Below, piece after piece: positions 37,110 to 46,406 of a stretch of DNA of 64,000 nt; the first letter of the stretch is position 1; the number at the start of each line of letters is the position of its first letter. The position numbers and the translations under genes are program-made. Under the pieces are notes generated by a model that saw only the letters and a program-made list of their open reading frames with translations, was not told the origin of the DNA and did no database searches. Origin of the DNA: an uncultured Candidatus Saccharibacteria bacterium (GTDB taxonomy: Bacteria > Patescibacteriota > Doudnabacteria > UBA920 > O2-02-FULL-48-8); assembly GCA_964605735.1 (NCBI GenBank), contig CAZSDS010000001.1, forward strand, positions 262,771-326,770, in the 5' to 3' direction.

Positions 37110-37568
37110 ATGTTTGGATTTACCAGAAAACTGACAATCATATTCATTGTTTTTGTCGCGGGAATTATAGCCGGCGGTTATTTGGTCTCGCACATCCAGC
37201 CCCGCAATTTCATCAGCATCAGCAACTGCGATGAAAGCTGTTTTAAATCCAATGAATTGCTTGGACTGCTGGGCTCCGTAGGCATAAAGCTTGACCGGAT
37301 TCCTGATGTGGTTTATGAAACAGATAAAAGCATTGTGGTTAGGCACCCAACGCCATCAGCGCCGGTCCACTACGTCATAATCCCGAAAAAAGACATTAAG
37401 AGCATTCAGGACATCAGCGAAGGCGACCAGGAATACATAATGGATTCCTTTGCCGTGGTCAGGGAGCTGGTCAATCGCGACAACTTAAAAAATTACCGGG
37501 TCTACACCAACGGGCCTGGATACCAGGAAGTCGCATACTTACACTTCCACCTTACCGGGAGAAAATAA
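37110..37568 (+). CDS. HIT-family protein with N-terminal TM
   Basis: VVYETD, P.APVHYVIIPKK, 'NGPGYQEVAYLHFHL'. Confidence 0.85.
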   Translation: MFGFTRKLTIIFIVFVAGIIAGGYLVSHIQPRNFISISNCDESCFKSNELLGLLGSVGIKLDRIPDVVYETDKSIVVRHPTPSAPVHYVIIPKKDIKSIQDISEGDQEYIMDSFAVVRELVNRDNLKNYRVYTNGPGYQEVAYLHFHLTGRK

Positions 37569-38176
37569 TGTCAATCCTGCCGAAGTCTCTGCAAAAACTC
37601 ATCAACGAATTTTCAAAATTGCCTGGAATTGGCCAAAAGTCAGCTTCAAGGCTCGCTTTTTATTTGCTGAAACAAACACAGGCAGACCTGCAAAATTTTG
37701 CGGACAGCGTGGCAAAACTGCAGGAAGATATCATCTACTGCAGTACTTGCTTTAACATGACTGAAACTGACCCATGCAAAATTTGCTCTGACCCACGGCG
37801 GGACAAAAATATTATTTGCGTGGTGGAGGATGCCCTGGATCTCGTGGCAATGGCCCAGATTTCGGATTACAACGGTGTTTACCACGTGCTTGGTGGCGCA
37901 ATTTCTCCGTTGGAAGGCATCGGCCCTGAAGACCTGAAAATCAAAGAATTGTTTGCCCGCGTATCAAACGACGAACCTGCAGAAATCATCCTGGCCACCA
38001 ACCCATCTATGGAAGGTGAAGCAACTTCCATGTACATTGCAAAACAACTCAAACAGCCGGAATATTCCCACGTAAAGGTTACCCGTCTTGGCCGCGGCCT
38101 GCCAATGGGTGCGGATTTGGAATATGCGGACGAGTACACCTTATCCAAATCACTGGAAAGCAGAAAGGAAATATAA
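37568..38176 (+). CDS. recR: Recombination mediator RecR
   Basis: LPGIGQKSA, C4 zinc finger, YHVLGG, ATNPSMEGEAT. Confidence 0.98.
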   Translation: MSILPKSLQKLINEFSKLPGIGQKSASRLAFYLLKQTQADLQNFADSVAKLQEDIIYCSTCFNMTETDPCKICSDPRRDKNIICVVEDALDLVAMAQISDYNGVYHVLGGAISPLEGIGPEDLKIKELFARVSNDEPAEIILATNPSMEGEATSMYIAKQLKQPEYSHVKVTRLGRGLPMGADLEYADEYTLSKSLESRKEI

Positions 38177-38205
38177 AAAATCTCGGAATTGTCCGAGATT
38201 TTTTT
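38175..38205. terminator. bidirectional terminator
   Basis: A6-TCTCGGA-ATTG-TCCGAGA-T7. Confidence 0.88.
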
Positions 38206-38515
38206 ATGCGATTGATTCGATTTGAACTACTGTCTGGAGCTGTCTGTGGCCTTGCTTGCGGCGGTAGCGGGACTTTGCCCGGTACTTGAATACCACAATC
38301 TTGTCACCCTTTTTCTGTTCCAGAACTTTTCCAGTGACTTTGGCGCCGCTGATATAAGGCTTGCCAACATTCACTTTTTCACCGTCTGCTGAAAGCAAAA
38401 CCTTGTCAAAAGTCACTGTGTCGCCAGCCTGCGCATCCAACTTCTCGATTTCCACCTTGTCTTGAGGTGAAACCAAATATTGCTTGCCGCCAGTTTCGAT
38501 TACTGCTTGTTTCAT
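38204..38515 (-). CDS. rplU: 50S ribosomal protein L21
   Basis: AVIETGGKQY, GHRQ; promoter TTGACA-17-TAGAGT at 38559-38587. Confidence 0.98.
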   Translation of the reverse strand: MKQAVIETGGKQYLVSPQDKVEIEKLDAQAGDTVTFDKVLLSADGEKVNVGKPYISGAKVTGKVLEQKKGDKIVVFKYRAKSRYRRKQGHRQLQTVVQIESIA

Positions 38516-38626
38516 TGAAATTATCTAAATTACTGAGAATAATGTATAGGACCTACATACTCTAACAAAAATGGGTGAAATTGTCAATTCCTGACCTGAC
38601 GCAAAAACCCCTTAAATCAGCGGTTT

Positions 38627-39112
38627 TTAGCGCAGAATTCGGGTAATTTCCACTTTATCTCCGGGTTTCAGGCCATTGCGCTCCGCCCAACCCGCCTTAA
38701 GCTCCAGCACGCGGTCAGCAGGAACCTTGGGAACATAGGTTTTAAGCAAGTCGACAGGAACGCCGGGCTCATGCGGTACGTTGGCTGAAATATCAACCAC
38801 CTCATCACCCTTAATCCAAACAATGTCTATGGAGAAATCCATGTCTTTCATCCAAAACACGGGAAAGTCCGGAATTGGAAACATAAACAGCATCCCCTGG
38901 TTTTCTTCAATCCCCAACTGCCCGCCAAGTCCCCTGCCTTGTTCATCCAAACCCTCCGCCAGATCAAAACTGATTTCACGGCCGACAAGAGTGACTACCC
39001 CATCACTGTACGGTTGGGGCACTTGTGCCTGAGGCTTGGGTTCTTTAGTGACAAAGACCAGGGCGAATGCAAGCACTGCCAAGCCGAAAATAGCTAACGC
39101 GTATTTTTTCAT
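38627..39112 (-). CDS. DUF192 family protein
   Basis: GMLFMF, FWMKDM, IDIVWI, VLELKAG. Confidence 0.9.
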   Translation of the reverse strand: MKKYALAIFGLAVLAFALVFVTKEPKPQAQVPQPYSDGVVTLVGREISFDLAEGLDEQGRGLGGQLGIEENQGMLFMFPIPDFPVFWMKDMDFSIDIVWIKGDEVVDISANVPHEPGVPVDLLKTYVPKVPADRVLELKAGWAERNGLKPGDKVEITRILR

Positions 39113-39133
39113 TTTTATTTTTAGAAAACTTGA

Positions 39134-40252
39134 TTATTCAATATTGCTGTCTGATTCATTGTCAGAAGCGATTCTTCTGCGGTAGCCAGGAACTGAATTT
39201 GCCTGTCTTGATTTGTATACCATGAAGATGCTGACGATAATCAAAATCATCACTGCGACAAGAATCCCCAAAGCAATCAGCTTGCCCCGCGACTGCAAAA
39301 ACAAAGCTGAGACTCCAAAAATTCCGGTTAGCGCATAAAGAAACAGCACGGCTTGCGGTTCAGAAAACCCAATGTCCATCAATTTATAATGCAAATGCCT
39401 GCGGTCACCCTGGAACGGCGACTGGCGGTTGAAAAGTCTTTGGAGAATCACCCAGACAGTATCAAGCACCGGGATACCCATGACTAAAATCGCGGTCGCA
39501 ACTTTTCCGCCGGAGACTATAGCCAAAATCGCCAGCATGTACCCGGCAAAAGTTGACCCGCCCTCGCCCAGAAAAATTTTCGCAGGATAGAAATTGAGGA
39601 TCAGGAACCCAAGCAAGCTTCCGACAAAAATAATCGCCAGAAGCGCGGTTTGCGGCTGCTGCACAGCCGGAGTCAGAGACAACCCGAACAGAACCATGCC
39701 CGCAATCGCAGCCACCCCAGTCACAAGTCCGTCCATGCCGTCCATGATTTTAGTGGTATATGTCATGCCCAAGGTCCACAAAAATACGACAATCCCCGAA
39801 ACCAGCGGCAAACCAAAAGTGATGATTTGATCAATGAAAATCGTCTCGCCGCTGAAAGGGTTTCTTAAACTCACTGCCTGGATACCGGAAGTCACCACAG
39901 TCAAACAGGCAAGAATAGGAAACAGAACCGAGTAACTCGCAGGCAACCGGTATTTGTCATCCAAATATCCGCCGATCATCAAAATAACGCCACCAATCCA
40001 AATACCAATCAACTCGCGCAAAGGAATGTTCCCGTACAGGTGCCCAGTAAACAACATTGTTATGCTGACGAGCAAAAAACTCCCGAATACAGCCAGCCCG
40101 CCTAAAGTCGGCGTGGCTTGTTTATGGAACCTGCGCTCTGAGTCTGGAACATCCACAATCTGGCGGCGCACAGCAATGCGGGAAACCAAAAAGGTCAGAA
40201 TGAACGAAATAAAAAATGCCAGGGCAAAAGCCGCAAAATACGAAAACTTCAT
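39134..40252 (-). CDS. WecA/TagO-like undecaprenyl-phosphate GlcNAc-1-P transferase
   Basis: TPTLGGLA, DD, DGMDGL, NFYPAKIFLG, DRRHLH. Confidence 0.9.
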   Translation of the reverse strand: MKFSYFAAFALAFFISFILTFLVSRIAVRRQIVDVPDSERRFHKQATPTLGGLAVFGSFLLVSITMLFTGHLYGNIPLRELIGIWIGGVILMIGGYLDDKYRLPASYSVLFPILACLTVVTSGIQAVSLRNPFSGETIFIDQIITFGLPLVSGIVVFLWTLGMTYTTKIMDGMDGLVTGVAAIAGMVLFGLSLTPAVQQPQTALLAIIFVGSLLGFLILNFYPAKIFLGEGGSTFAGYMLAILAIVSGGKVATAILVMGIPVLDTVWVILQRLFNRQSPFQGDRRHLHYKLMDIGFSEPQAVLFLYALTGIFGVSALFLQSRGKLIALGILVAVMILIIVSIFMVYKSRQANSVPGYRRRIASDNESDSNIE

Positions 40253-41925
40253 TTTACTTTAACTCCTTCTTTTTCAGCCTTTCCGGCTTCAGGTTGAGTG
40301 TGGTTAATTGCTTCGAATTTCCTGATTTTAGGGGTGACCCAAAACTCCATATATTTTCCGAACATCAACCTGGTTTGGGCGTCTATCGCCGGAGCCGAAC
40401 CGAACACCGAGGACACTATCGGCGAAAACACCCATTGCAGAACCATGGTTATGGTCTTCCAGCGCGGATAACGAGCCGGTCGCTTTGGCAACAAGACCAT
40501 GTTTATGTACATGGAAAAAATCAGGAAGAAAGTCGCCACGCTCATCAAAATCCGGGTCATGGTTGGCAGGTTCACCGCAAGCACGCTTTCACCAAATCTG
40601 TCGCCGCCAAAAATCAGCGGCAGCCACCCAAGGATGGCGATCATGATGGAGGCAGTGGCCCAGAAATAATGCCCTTCTATCAGCCTTTCCATGTAAATGA
40701 ATTTTTTCCAGCGAGGGATCAATTTGTCTTTAAGTACTTCAGGCAACACCATTGAAATTTCCGTGACGCCCCAAGCCCAGCGGCGCTTTTGTTTATACTG
40801 GGCAATCAACGTGCCGATATAACTGTCCCCAAGCACGGCATCCATGGACACGGTGGTAAACAAAGGATGCGTGCGGTAATCGCCATGGTAATGCAGCCAG
40901 CACTGCCAGAAAATATGCGAATCTTCCGGGATGATGTCTGTCCGCCAGAAACCTATATCCACCAAAGTCTTGAAACTCATGGAGTGGGAGGAAAAAGTAA
41001 CCAGCCTGTCCGGGCGCGACGCCTCCACCAGCTGCCAAAAAGATGATGAAGTGGCAATGACACGCGCAATCGCGGGAGTATCCCAAATGTTGTTATGGAA
41101 CATAGGCATTGGCTGATAACTGGCCTGGTGCGGCTTTTTTATTGTCAGGAAATCGTAGGACAGGTGGCTGAAATAGTTTGGATGAACCATTGTGTCAGAA
41201 TCAAACGCCGAGACGATTATGTCTTCGTATGGTATTCCCATTTCATCAATATTTTTCAAAACAGCTTTTCCTGCATACGCAATGTTCGCGCCCTTGCCTT
41301 TGGCTTCCCCTGGTATTCCGTCTGGATGGACAATTGTCAGGTACAAATTAAACTTGCCCCTAAATTCCTGTTCCAATCTTTCGGCATTTTGTTTAAATTC
41401 CTCCCCGGCCCGTTCTTCCAGAGCCAGCACAAAAATAATCCGGTCTTTCTCGTAGTCGGAATCAACATAAGACTGGATTGAAGATCTGAGCACCTCGTAG
41501 CTTTCCTGATATGCCGGAAGAATGATCAAATGGTACAGCCGGCGGTAATTGAGATTTCGGTCAGCTGGAATATTTTCATACCGTTCAAGCTGTGATGAGT
41601 AAAGCAATTTAAACTTTTTGTCATGGTTGTATGCAATCACCCCATCAGTCAGCATTTTTTCAAAAGCCGGACGGTCAGCCAGTTGGGTCAGCCATTTGTG
41701 CCAGTCAATATTCTGGTGGGCGCGCAAAGAACGGTAAGAATGAACCAAATGCATGGCTACATTCGCGCCTTTCAAGAACCAGTACATGTCAAAAAGGATA
41801 ATGTAAACTGAAATCCAAGCCGGATGATAGTATGACAAAATCGGCGCACCAATTAAGGTGGTCCAAGTCAAGGTTCCGGGAAGGATTTCCAGGAATCTGG
41901 TAAATTTGTCGCGGGGTTTAGCCAT
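40249..41925 (-). CDS. membrane GT2-family glycosyltransferase
   Basis: GKGAN, FDSD, PED, QKRRW (QxxRW) with flanking TMs. Confidence 0.85.
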   Translation of the reverse strand: MAKPRDKFTRFLEILPGTLTWTTLIGAPILSYYHPAWISVYIILFDMYWFLKGANVAMHLVHSYRSLRAHQNIDWHKWLTQLADRPAFEKMLTDGVIAYNHDKKFKLLYSSQLERYENIPADRNLNYRRLYHLIILPAYQESYEVLRSSIQSYVDSDYEKDRIIFVLALEERAGEEFKQNAERLEQEFRGKFNLYLTIVHPDGIPGEAKGKGANIAYAGKAVLKNIDEMGIPYEDIIVSAFDSDTMVHPNYFSHLSYDFLTIKKPHQASYQPMPMFHNNIWDTPAIARVIATSSSFWQLVEASRPDRLVTFSSHSMSFKTLVDIGFWRTDIIPEDSHIFWQCWLHYHGDYRTHPLFTTVSMDAVLGDSYIGTLIAQYKQKRRWAWGVTEISMVLPEVLKDKLIPRWKKFIYMERLIEGHYFWATASIMIAILGWLPLIFGGDRFGESVLAVNLPTMTRILMSVATFFLIFSMYINMVLLPKRPARYPRWKTITMVLQWVFSPIVSSVFGSAPAIDAQTRLMFGKYMEFWVTPKIRKFEAINHTQPEAGKAEKEGVKVK

Positions 41926-41926
41926 A

Positions 41927-42313
41927 TCAGTCGTTCGCGAAAATCAAAACAATAGCGGCGATGAAAAAAATCATCTGAACGGGAATGTTGGCAATATTCA
42001 GGAAATAACTGGCCAACTTTTCCCGGCGGAAAATATAGTAAGACGCCAGGAAGTTTATGACCAAAAAAACAAGCGCAATGCTTGGAATGAGGTAAGCGTA
42101 AATATCTTTGTCCACCAGATCTGTCCCATAAACAACATTATAGTGAAGCAAAATGTTTTGGCCTGACGGTCTGATCTTGATGAAGATCAAAGCCCACTGT
42201 ATAATGTTTATAAGCAACGCAATGCTCAGACTAAAAAAGTTAAGCCTGTCAGAGACAAAATTTCGCCAGCTGTTTTTGGAGGTCAAAGCCTCATTCAGTT
42301 TGGATAAAAACAT
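41927..42313 (-). CDS. 3-TM membrane protein
   Basis: Start re-called at ATG 42313, 7 nt from TTGCCA-17-TATAAT; 'LHYNVVYG.D' motif. Confidence 0.75.
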   Translation of the reverse strand: MFLSKLNEALTSKNSWRNFVSDRLNFFSLSIALLINIIQWALIFIKIRPSGQNILLHYNVVYGTDLVDKDIYAYLIPSIALVFLVINFLASYYIFRREKLASYFLNIANIPVQMIFFIAAIVLIFAND

Positions 42314-42382
42314 CACATTAATTATACTGAATTTTGCCAATTTTGGCAAAATTTTCAAGCTATCAACGGACTCTCAAAAAAG

Positions 42383-43957
42383 ATGAAAAAATTCCTGACC
42401 GAACACTGGGCGATTCTCGCGATAATGGTTATTGCTGCGTTTTTCCGGTTCTGGATGATCGGTGATTACCCGGGCGGTTTATTCCCGGATGAAGCTGCCA
42501 ATGGTCTTGATATTAACTCCATTTTTAATGGAGACATACAACCGTTTTATGAGCGCGGCAATGGCCGGGAAGCGCTTTTCTTTTATGTTATTGCATTGGT
42601 AGTGGCAATCTTTGGGCGCGGAGTTTGGCAGCACCATGTGGTCTCCGCAGGGTTTGGGCTTGCTGAAGTATTTACCACCTATCTTTTAGCCAAAAGGCTT
42701 TTCGGCAAGCGGATTGCTTTGTTGTCCAGCTTTCTGATGGCGGTTTCCTCCTACGCTGTGACCATGAGCCGGACTGCATTCCGCGCAAACACAATCCCAC
42801 TGTTCACCACGCTGACTCTCTACTTCCTGGTAAAGTTCTTCCAGGTCCAGGATAGGCGCCAAAAACTCTGGTCTGCGTTCTGGGCAGGAGTGTCATTTGG
42901 GCTTGGCTTCTACACCTACATATCCTACCGCATGATGATTCCACTGCTTTTGATGTTCGGGTTCCTTATGCTGTTTGCGTACCGGGACCGGCTAAGGCAG
43001 GTTATCCGGGAATACGTTAAGCCAAAGCTGTCATTTATTGCCGGGTTTGTAATATCCTTCGGGTGGCTGGGTTATTACTTTATCACCCACCCTGGAAGTT
43101 TTGTCGGCCGCGCAGGACAAGTCTCAATTTTCTCTCCAGACTTGAACAACGGCGATTTAATCGGCACGTTTTTGGAAGTCTTGCGCCTGACCATGTGGAG
43201 CTTCTTTACCGAGGGCGACCTTAACTGGAGGCATAACGTATCTGGATATCCGTTCCTGTCACAATTCGTCTCCCCATTTTTTGCGCTTGCCTTGATCATT
43301 TTTACCTGGGCAATATTTAAACTGCTCTGGCAGGTTTGGAAAAAGAATGTCGAATTCAAAACAGTTGCGCTTGCTCTGATTGGCACGTTGTTTTGGTTCA
43401 TGCTCGCGCCTGAGGTTACAACAGCCGAAGGAATCCCGCATGGTCTCAGGCTGATTGGAATAATCCCTGCCATTTTCATCATGAGCGCATATGGCATAAG
43501 CCTTGTTTGGGACAAGGTCTCACAATATATGCGTTTAGGTTTCTCAAAGAAAGCAATCCCAATTTTCTTCCTGACCGGAATTTTCGTCTATAATTTTTAC
43601 CTGTATTTTGCGGTGGCTGTGGGCTCACCGGATTATTACTATGCCTTCCGCTCAGATCTCACCACAGTTTCGCAATACCTCAATGGGAGAAACAACAAAG
43701 ATAAAACCTTCCTTTCTTTGGACAAATTCTCAGTTCAGACCGTTGATTACTTAACCACGGAAACCGGTAATCCCTACACCCTGCTCGATCCAGCCAACAC
43801 TTACCAAGTTCAGCTGGAAAGTGGAGACCAAGTAGTCTTTACCATGAGCACTTTGCACGACATAGAAAAATTTGTCCAAGCCCACCCTGATGCAAAACTG
43901 GTCAATGAAACAAAAAATCAATTCAAATATGTAATCATGCGGGTTTACGAAAAATAA
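42383..43957 (+). CDS. GT-C (PMT/ArnT-like, GT39/83) glycosyltransferase
   Basis: TM followed by 'PGGLFPDEA'; many TMs. Confidence 0.85.
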   Translation: MKKFLTEHWAILAIMVIAAFFRFWMIGDYPGGLFPDEAANGLDINSIFNGDIQPFYERGNGREALFFYVIALVVAIFGRGVWQHHVVSAGFGLAEVFTTYLLAKRLFGKRIALLSSFLMAVSSYAVTMSRTAFRANTIPLFTTLTLYFLVKFFQVQDRRQKLWSAFWAGVSFGLGFYTYISYRMMIPLLLMFGFLMLFAYRDRLRQVIREYVKPKLSFIAGFVISFGWLGYYFITHPGSFVGRAGQVSIFSPDLNNGDLIGTFLEVLRLTMWSFFTEGDLNWRHNVSGYPFLSQFVSPFFALALIIFTWAIFKLLWQVWKKNVEFKTVALALIGTLFWFMLAPEVTTAEGIPHGLRLIGIIPAIFIMSAYGISLVWDKVSQYMRLGFSKKAIPIFFLTGIFVYNFYLYFAVAVGSPDYYYAFRSDLTTVSQYLNGRNNKDKTFLSLDKFSVQTVDYLTTETGNPYTLLDPANTYQVQLESGDQVVFTMSTLHDIEKFVQAHPDAKLVNETKNQFKYVIMRVYEK

Positions 43958-43963
43958 CGAACT

Positions 43964-45466
43964 ATGAACAAACTATTTCTCTTTCTCATTCTCATCTGGG
44001 CAACAATTGTCCGCCTTTATAACAACACCGCAATTGCGCTCTGGCACGACGAAGCCTTTTCTGCGCTTTATCTCAGGTACAGCTGGGGTGAAATGTGGGA
44101 CCGGATTATTTTGGACGTTCACCCGCCCCTTTACTACATTTTGCTGAGATTCTGGTCATATGCGTTCGGGGATTCGCTTATTTCCTTGCGAGGTTTCTCT
44201 ATTTTGCTTGGAACCCTGACTGTCTGGGCTGGCTATCTGTTCGTTAAAAAAGCTTTCAAAAGCGAGTACCTGGCTTTGTTGGCAGCGCTGTTCATAGCAA
44301 TCAATCCGTTCCAGATCCAATACGCACTTGAGGCAAGAATGTACACTTTAGGGACGCTATTGGTCATGCTGTCCAGTTGGCTGCTGCTTAAAGCTCTGGA
44401 AAACCGCAGCAAAAAAACCTGGCTTTTCTACGGACTGACAGTTGCCGCCTCCCTGTATACCCACTATTACCTGCTGTTTTCAGTGGCCGCGCAGGCAGTT
44501 TATGCGCTCTACGTTGTTTTTAAAAACAAACAATGGCGCGGAGCATTCAAAGACAATCAGCTTATAAATTTGTTATTGGCCGGAGCTTTCGCATTTGTTT
44601 TATACATCCCCTGGCTGCCTGGATTTTTAGAACAGCTCAACCGAGTGCAGGGCGGTTACTGGATTCCACCAATGGACCGCTGGTCCATACCCGGGACTGT
44701 CTGGAAAATTGCCATGGGCGGACAGGGAATCAACAAACCAACCCTGGTAATCGCCACACTGGCGGCAATCACTTTGGTGGTTTACTTCATCCGCAAATAT
44801 AAAGAACAGGAAAAATGGCTTGTTGTCTCAGGCTTGGTTATCCCGTTTGTCGCGGCCATAGGTCTATCCTTCATGAACGACATTTACCTGGACCGCTATT
44901 TTGTATTTGCCTCTCTCTCCTTTGCGGTACTGATTGCCTTAACGCTGGCCGCAACCCCCAAACTTTGGTTGCGCAGAAGTTTGATCGTGATTTTCCTGCT
45001 GATGAGCACTTATGCTTTCTGGCAGAACTGGAAAGTAATGGACGTCAAAGATGCCGGCAGCAGTACAGTGAAAAAGCCAGGCATGGCCGCTGGAAGCGAG
45101 TATCTGACCGAACGCGTCAGCCCTAACGACAAAATTTACGTTGGATCAAGCTTCGTCTTCTTCACTTTCAAGTACTATAACGAAACTGGCGTGGCGCCTA
45201 AGCTAATTTCAGGCTCCCCGCTCAGCGATATACCGCACTTTGCAGGTACTGCAATTCTGACGGAAGAGGATCTTGTCCAAAATGATTTCATTTTCACTCC
45301 AACAAATTTCAGGCAAAACGAAATTATATGGCTGGTCTGGACCACTGGCTGGGGCGGATCAAAACCAAACGTACCGGGCAACTGGAGGGCAATCGACGAA
45401 CGTTCCTGGGGTGATGCCCCTGGGTTCAAGGGCGAACTTTACGTAACTCAATATCGCGTACAATAA
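43964..45466 (+). CDS. GT-C (PMT-like) glycosyltransferase
   Basis: LWHDEAFS, DVHPPLYY, EARMY, YTHY. Confidence 0.88.
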   Translation: MNKLFLFLILIWATIVRLYNNTAIALWHDEAFSALYLRYSWGEMWDRIILDVHPPLYYILLRFWSYAFGDSLISLRGFSILLGTLTVWAGYLFVKKAFKSEYLALLAALFIAINPFQIQYALEARMYTLGTLLVMLSSWLLLKALENRSKKTWLFYGLTVAASLYTHYYLLFSVAAQAVYALYVVFKNKQWRGAFKDNQLINLLLAGAFAFVLYIPWLPGFLEQLNRVQGGYWIPPMDRWSIPGTVWKIAMGGQGINKPTLVIATLAAITLVVYFIRKYKEQEKWLVVSGLVIPFVAAIGLSFMNDIYLDRYFVFASLSFAVLIALTLAATPKLWLRRSLIVIFLLMSTYAFWQNWKVMDVKDAGSSTVKKPGMAAGSEYLTERVSPNDKIYVGSSFVFFTFKYYNETGVAPKLISGSPLSDIPHFAGTAILTEEDLVQNDFIFTPTNFRQNEIIWLVWTTGWGGSKPNVPGNWRAIDERSWGDAPGFKGELYVTQYRVQ

Positions 45467-45478
45467 AAAATGAACGCG

Positions 45479-45507
45479 AAAAGCCGCTCAAAAAGAGCGG
45501 CTTTTTT
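45479..45507 (+). terminator. intrinsic terminator
   Basis: AAAAGCCGCTC-AAAAA-GAGCGGC-T6. Confidence 0.88.
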
Positions 45508-45580
45508 ACTTTACAAGATTTCCGGCTGTTGATAGAATATCCAATCAAAACCAACAACAAACTCAACGGAGGACAGTTTA

Positions 45581-46303
45581 ATGCCAACTAGAGAAGAGTT
45601 GCAAGTTATGATCGATCAGGCTGTGGAGCAGCGCGAAAACGGCGCCACACGAACGGCACTTGATGCACTGGAAACTGTGGCAGAAACCGCAGACGAGCAA
45701 AAGGAGTACAGATTGTCATGTGAGGCCAGAATCCATGCTGTGATTTGTTTACAGCATCTGGCAGACCTGGGCATAATCCATTACATCGATGTGGCCAACA
45801 AAGCCTATTACGGCCTGCATTACAGCTTGGCGCACCAGCCTGAATGCTCTGATGCAAAAAAGCATTTCCTGTACCGACTGGGTGTAGCGCGGTTCATGAT
45901 GCAGGACTACCGCAAAGCCGCCGAATACCTTACAGCAGCAATGGCCCTCATCACCGAGGACAGCCCGGAATTTGTGGAGTTCGCCAGCTATTGGGGACTT
46001 ACTGCTCTTCTTGCCGGGAACGAGAACACAGGAACAAAGTTCCTGTTAAAAGCCTTGGAGAAATTCCGCGCAAGCATGGCGCTTGAGAATCCCCCTTACG
46101 AACCCTGGCATGCCAAAATCATTGAGTGCGGCCTCTGCATGAAATTAGCCATGGCAACTCATGCCACGGAAGGCCCTGCTGACACGCGAACGGACTACAT
46201 GCTCAAGGCAAAATACCTGGCACAGCAGTTACAAGACTCAGGCAGGCCCATGCGCATGGTGCAATACCGGAAGCTGGCCATAAAGCTGAATTTCGATCAG
46301 TAA
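45581..46303 (+). CDS. orphan TPR-like all-helical protein
   Basis: Promoter TTTACA-17-TAGAAT (45510-45538), GGAGG SD; TPR-like 'YRLGVARFMMQDYRKAAEYL'. Confidence 0.7.
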   Translation: MPTREELQVMIDQAVEQRENGATRTALDALETVAETADEQKEYRLSCEARIHAVICLQHLADLGIIHYIDVANKAYYGLHYSLAHQPECSDAKKHFLYRLGVARFMMQDYRKAAEYLTAAMALITEDSPEFVEFASYWGLTALLAGNENTGTKFLLKALEKFRASMALENPPYEPWHAKIIECGLCMKLAMATHATEGPADTRTDYMLKAKYLAQQLQDSGRPMRMVQYRKLAIKLNFDQ

Positions 46304-46330
46304 TCACTCAGCAGAAAATTGAGTTCTTAC

Positions 46331-46358
46331 GGAAGGATTAACCATCCTTCCTTTTTTT
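46331..46358 (+). terminator. intrinsic terminator
   Basis: GGAAGGAT-TAACC-ATCCTTCC-T7. Confidence 0.85.
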
Positions 46359-46406
46359 GTTTAAAAAAACAACCTTTTTTCAAAAGATTGTTTTTGCTCA
46401 GACAAA

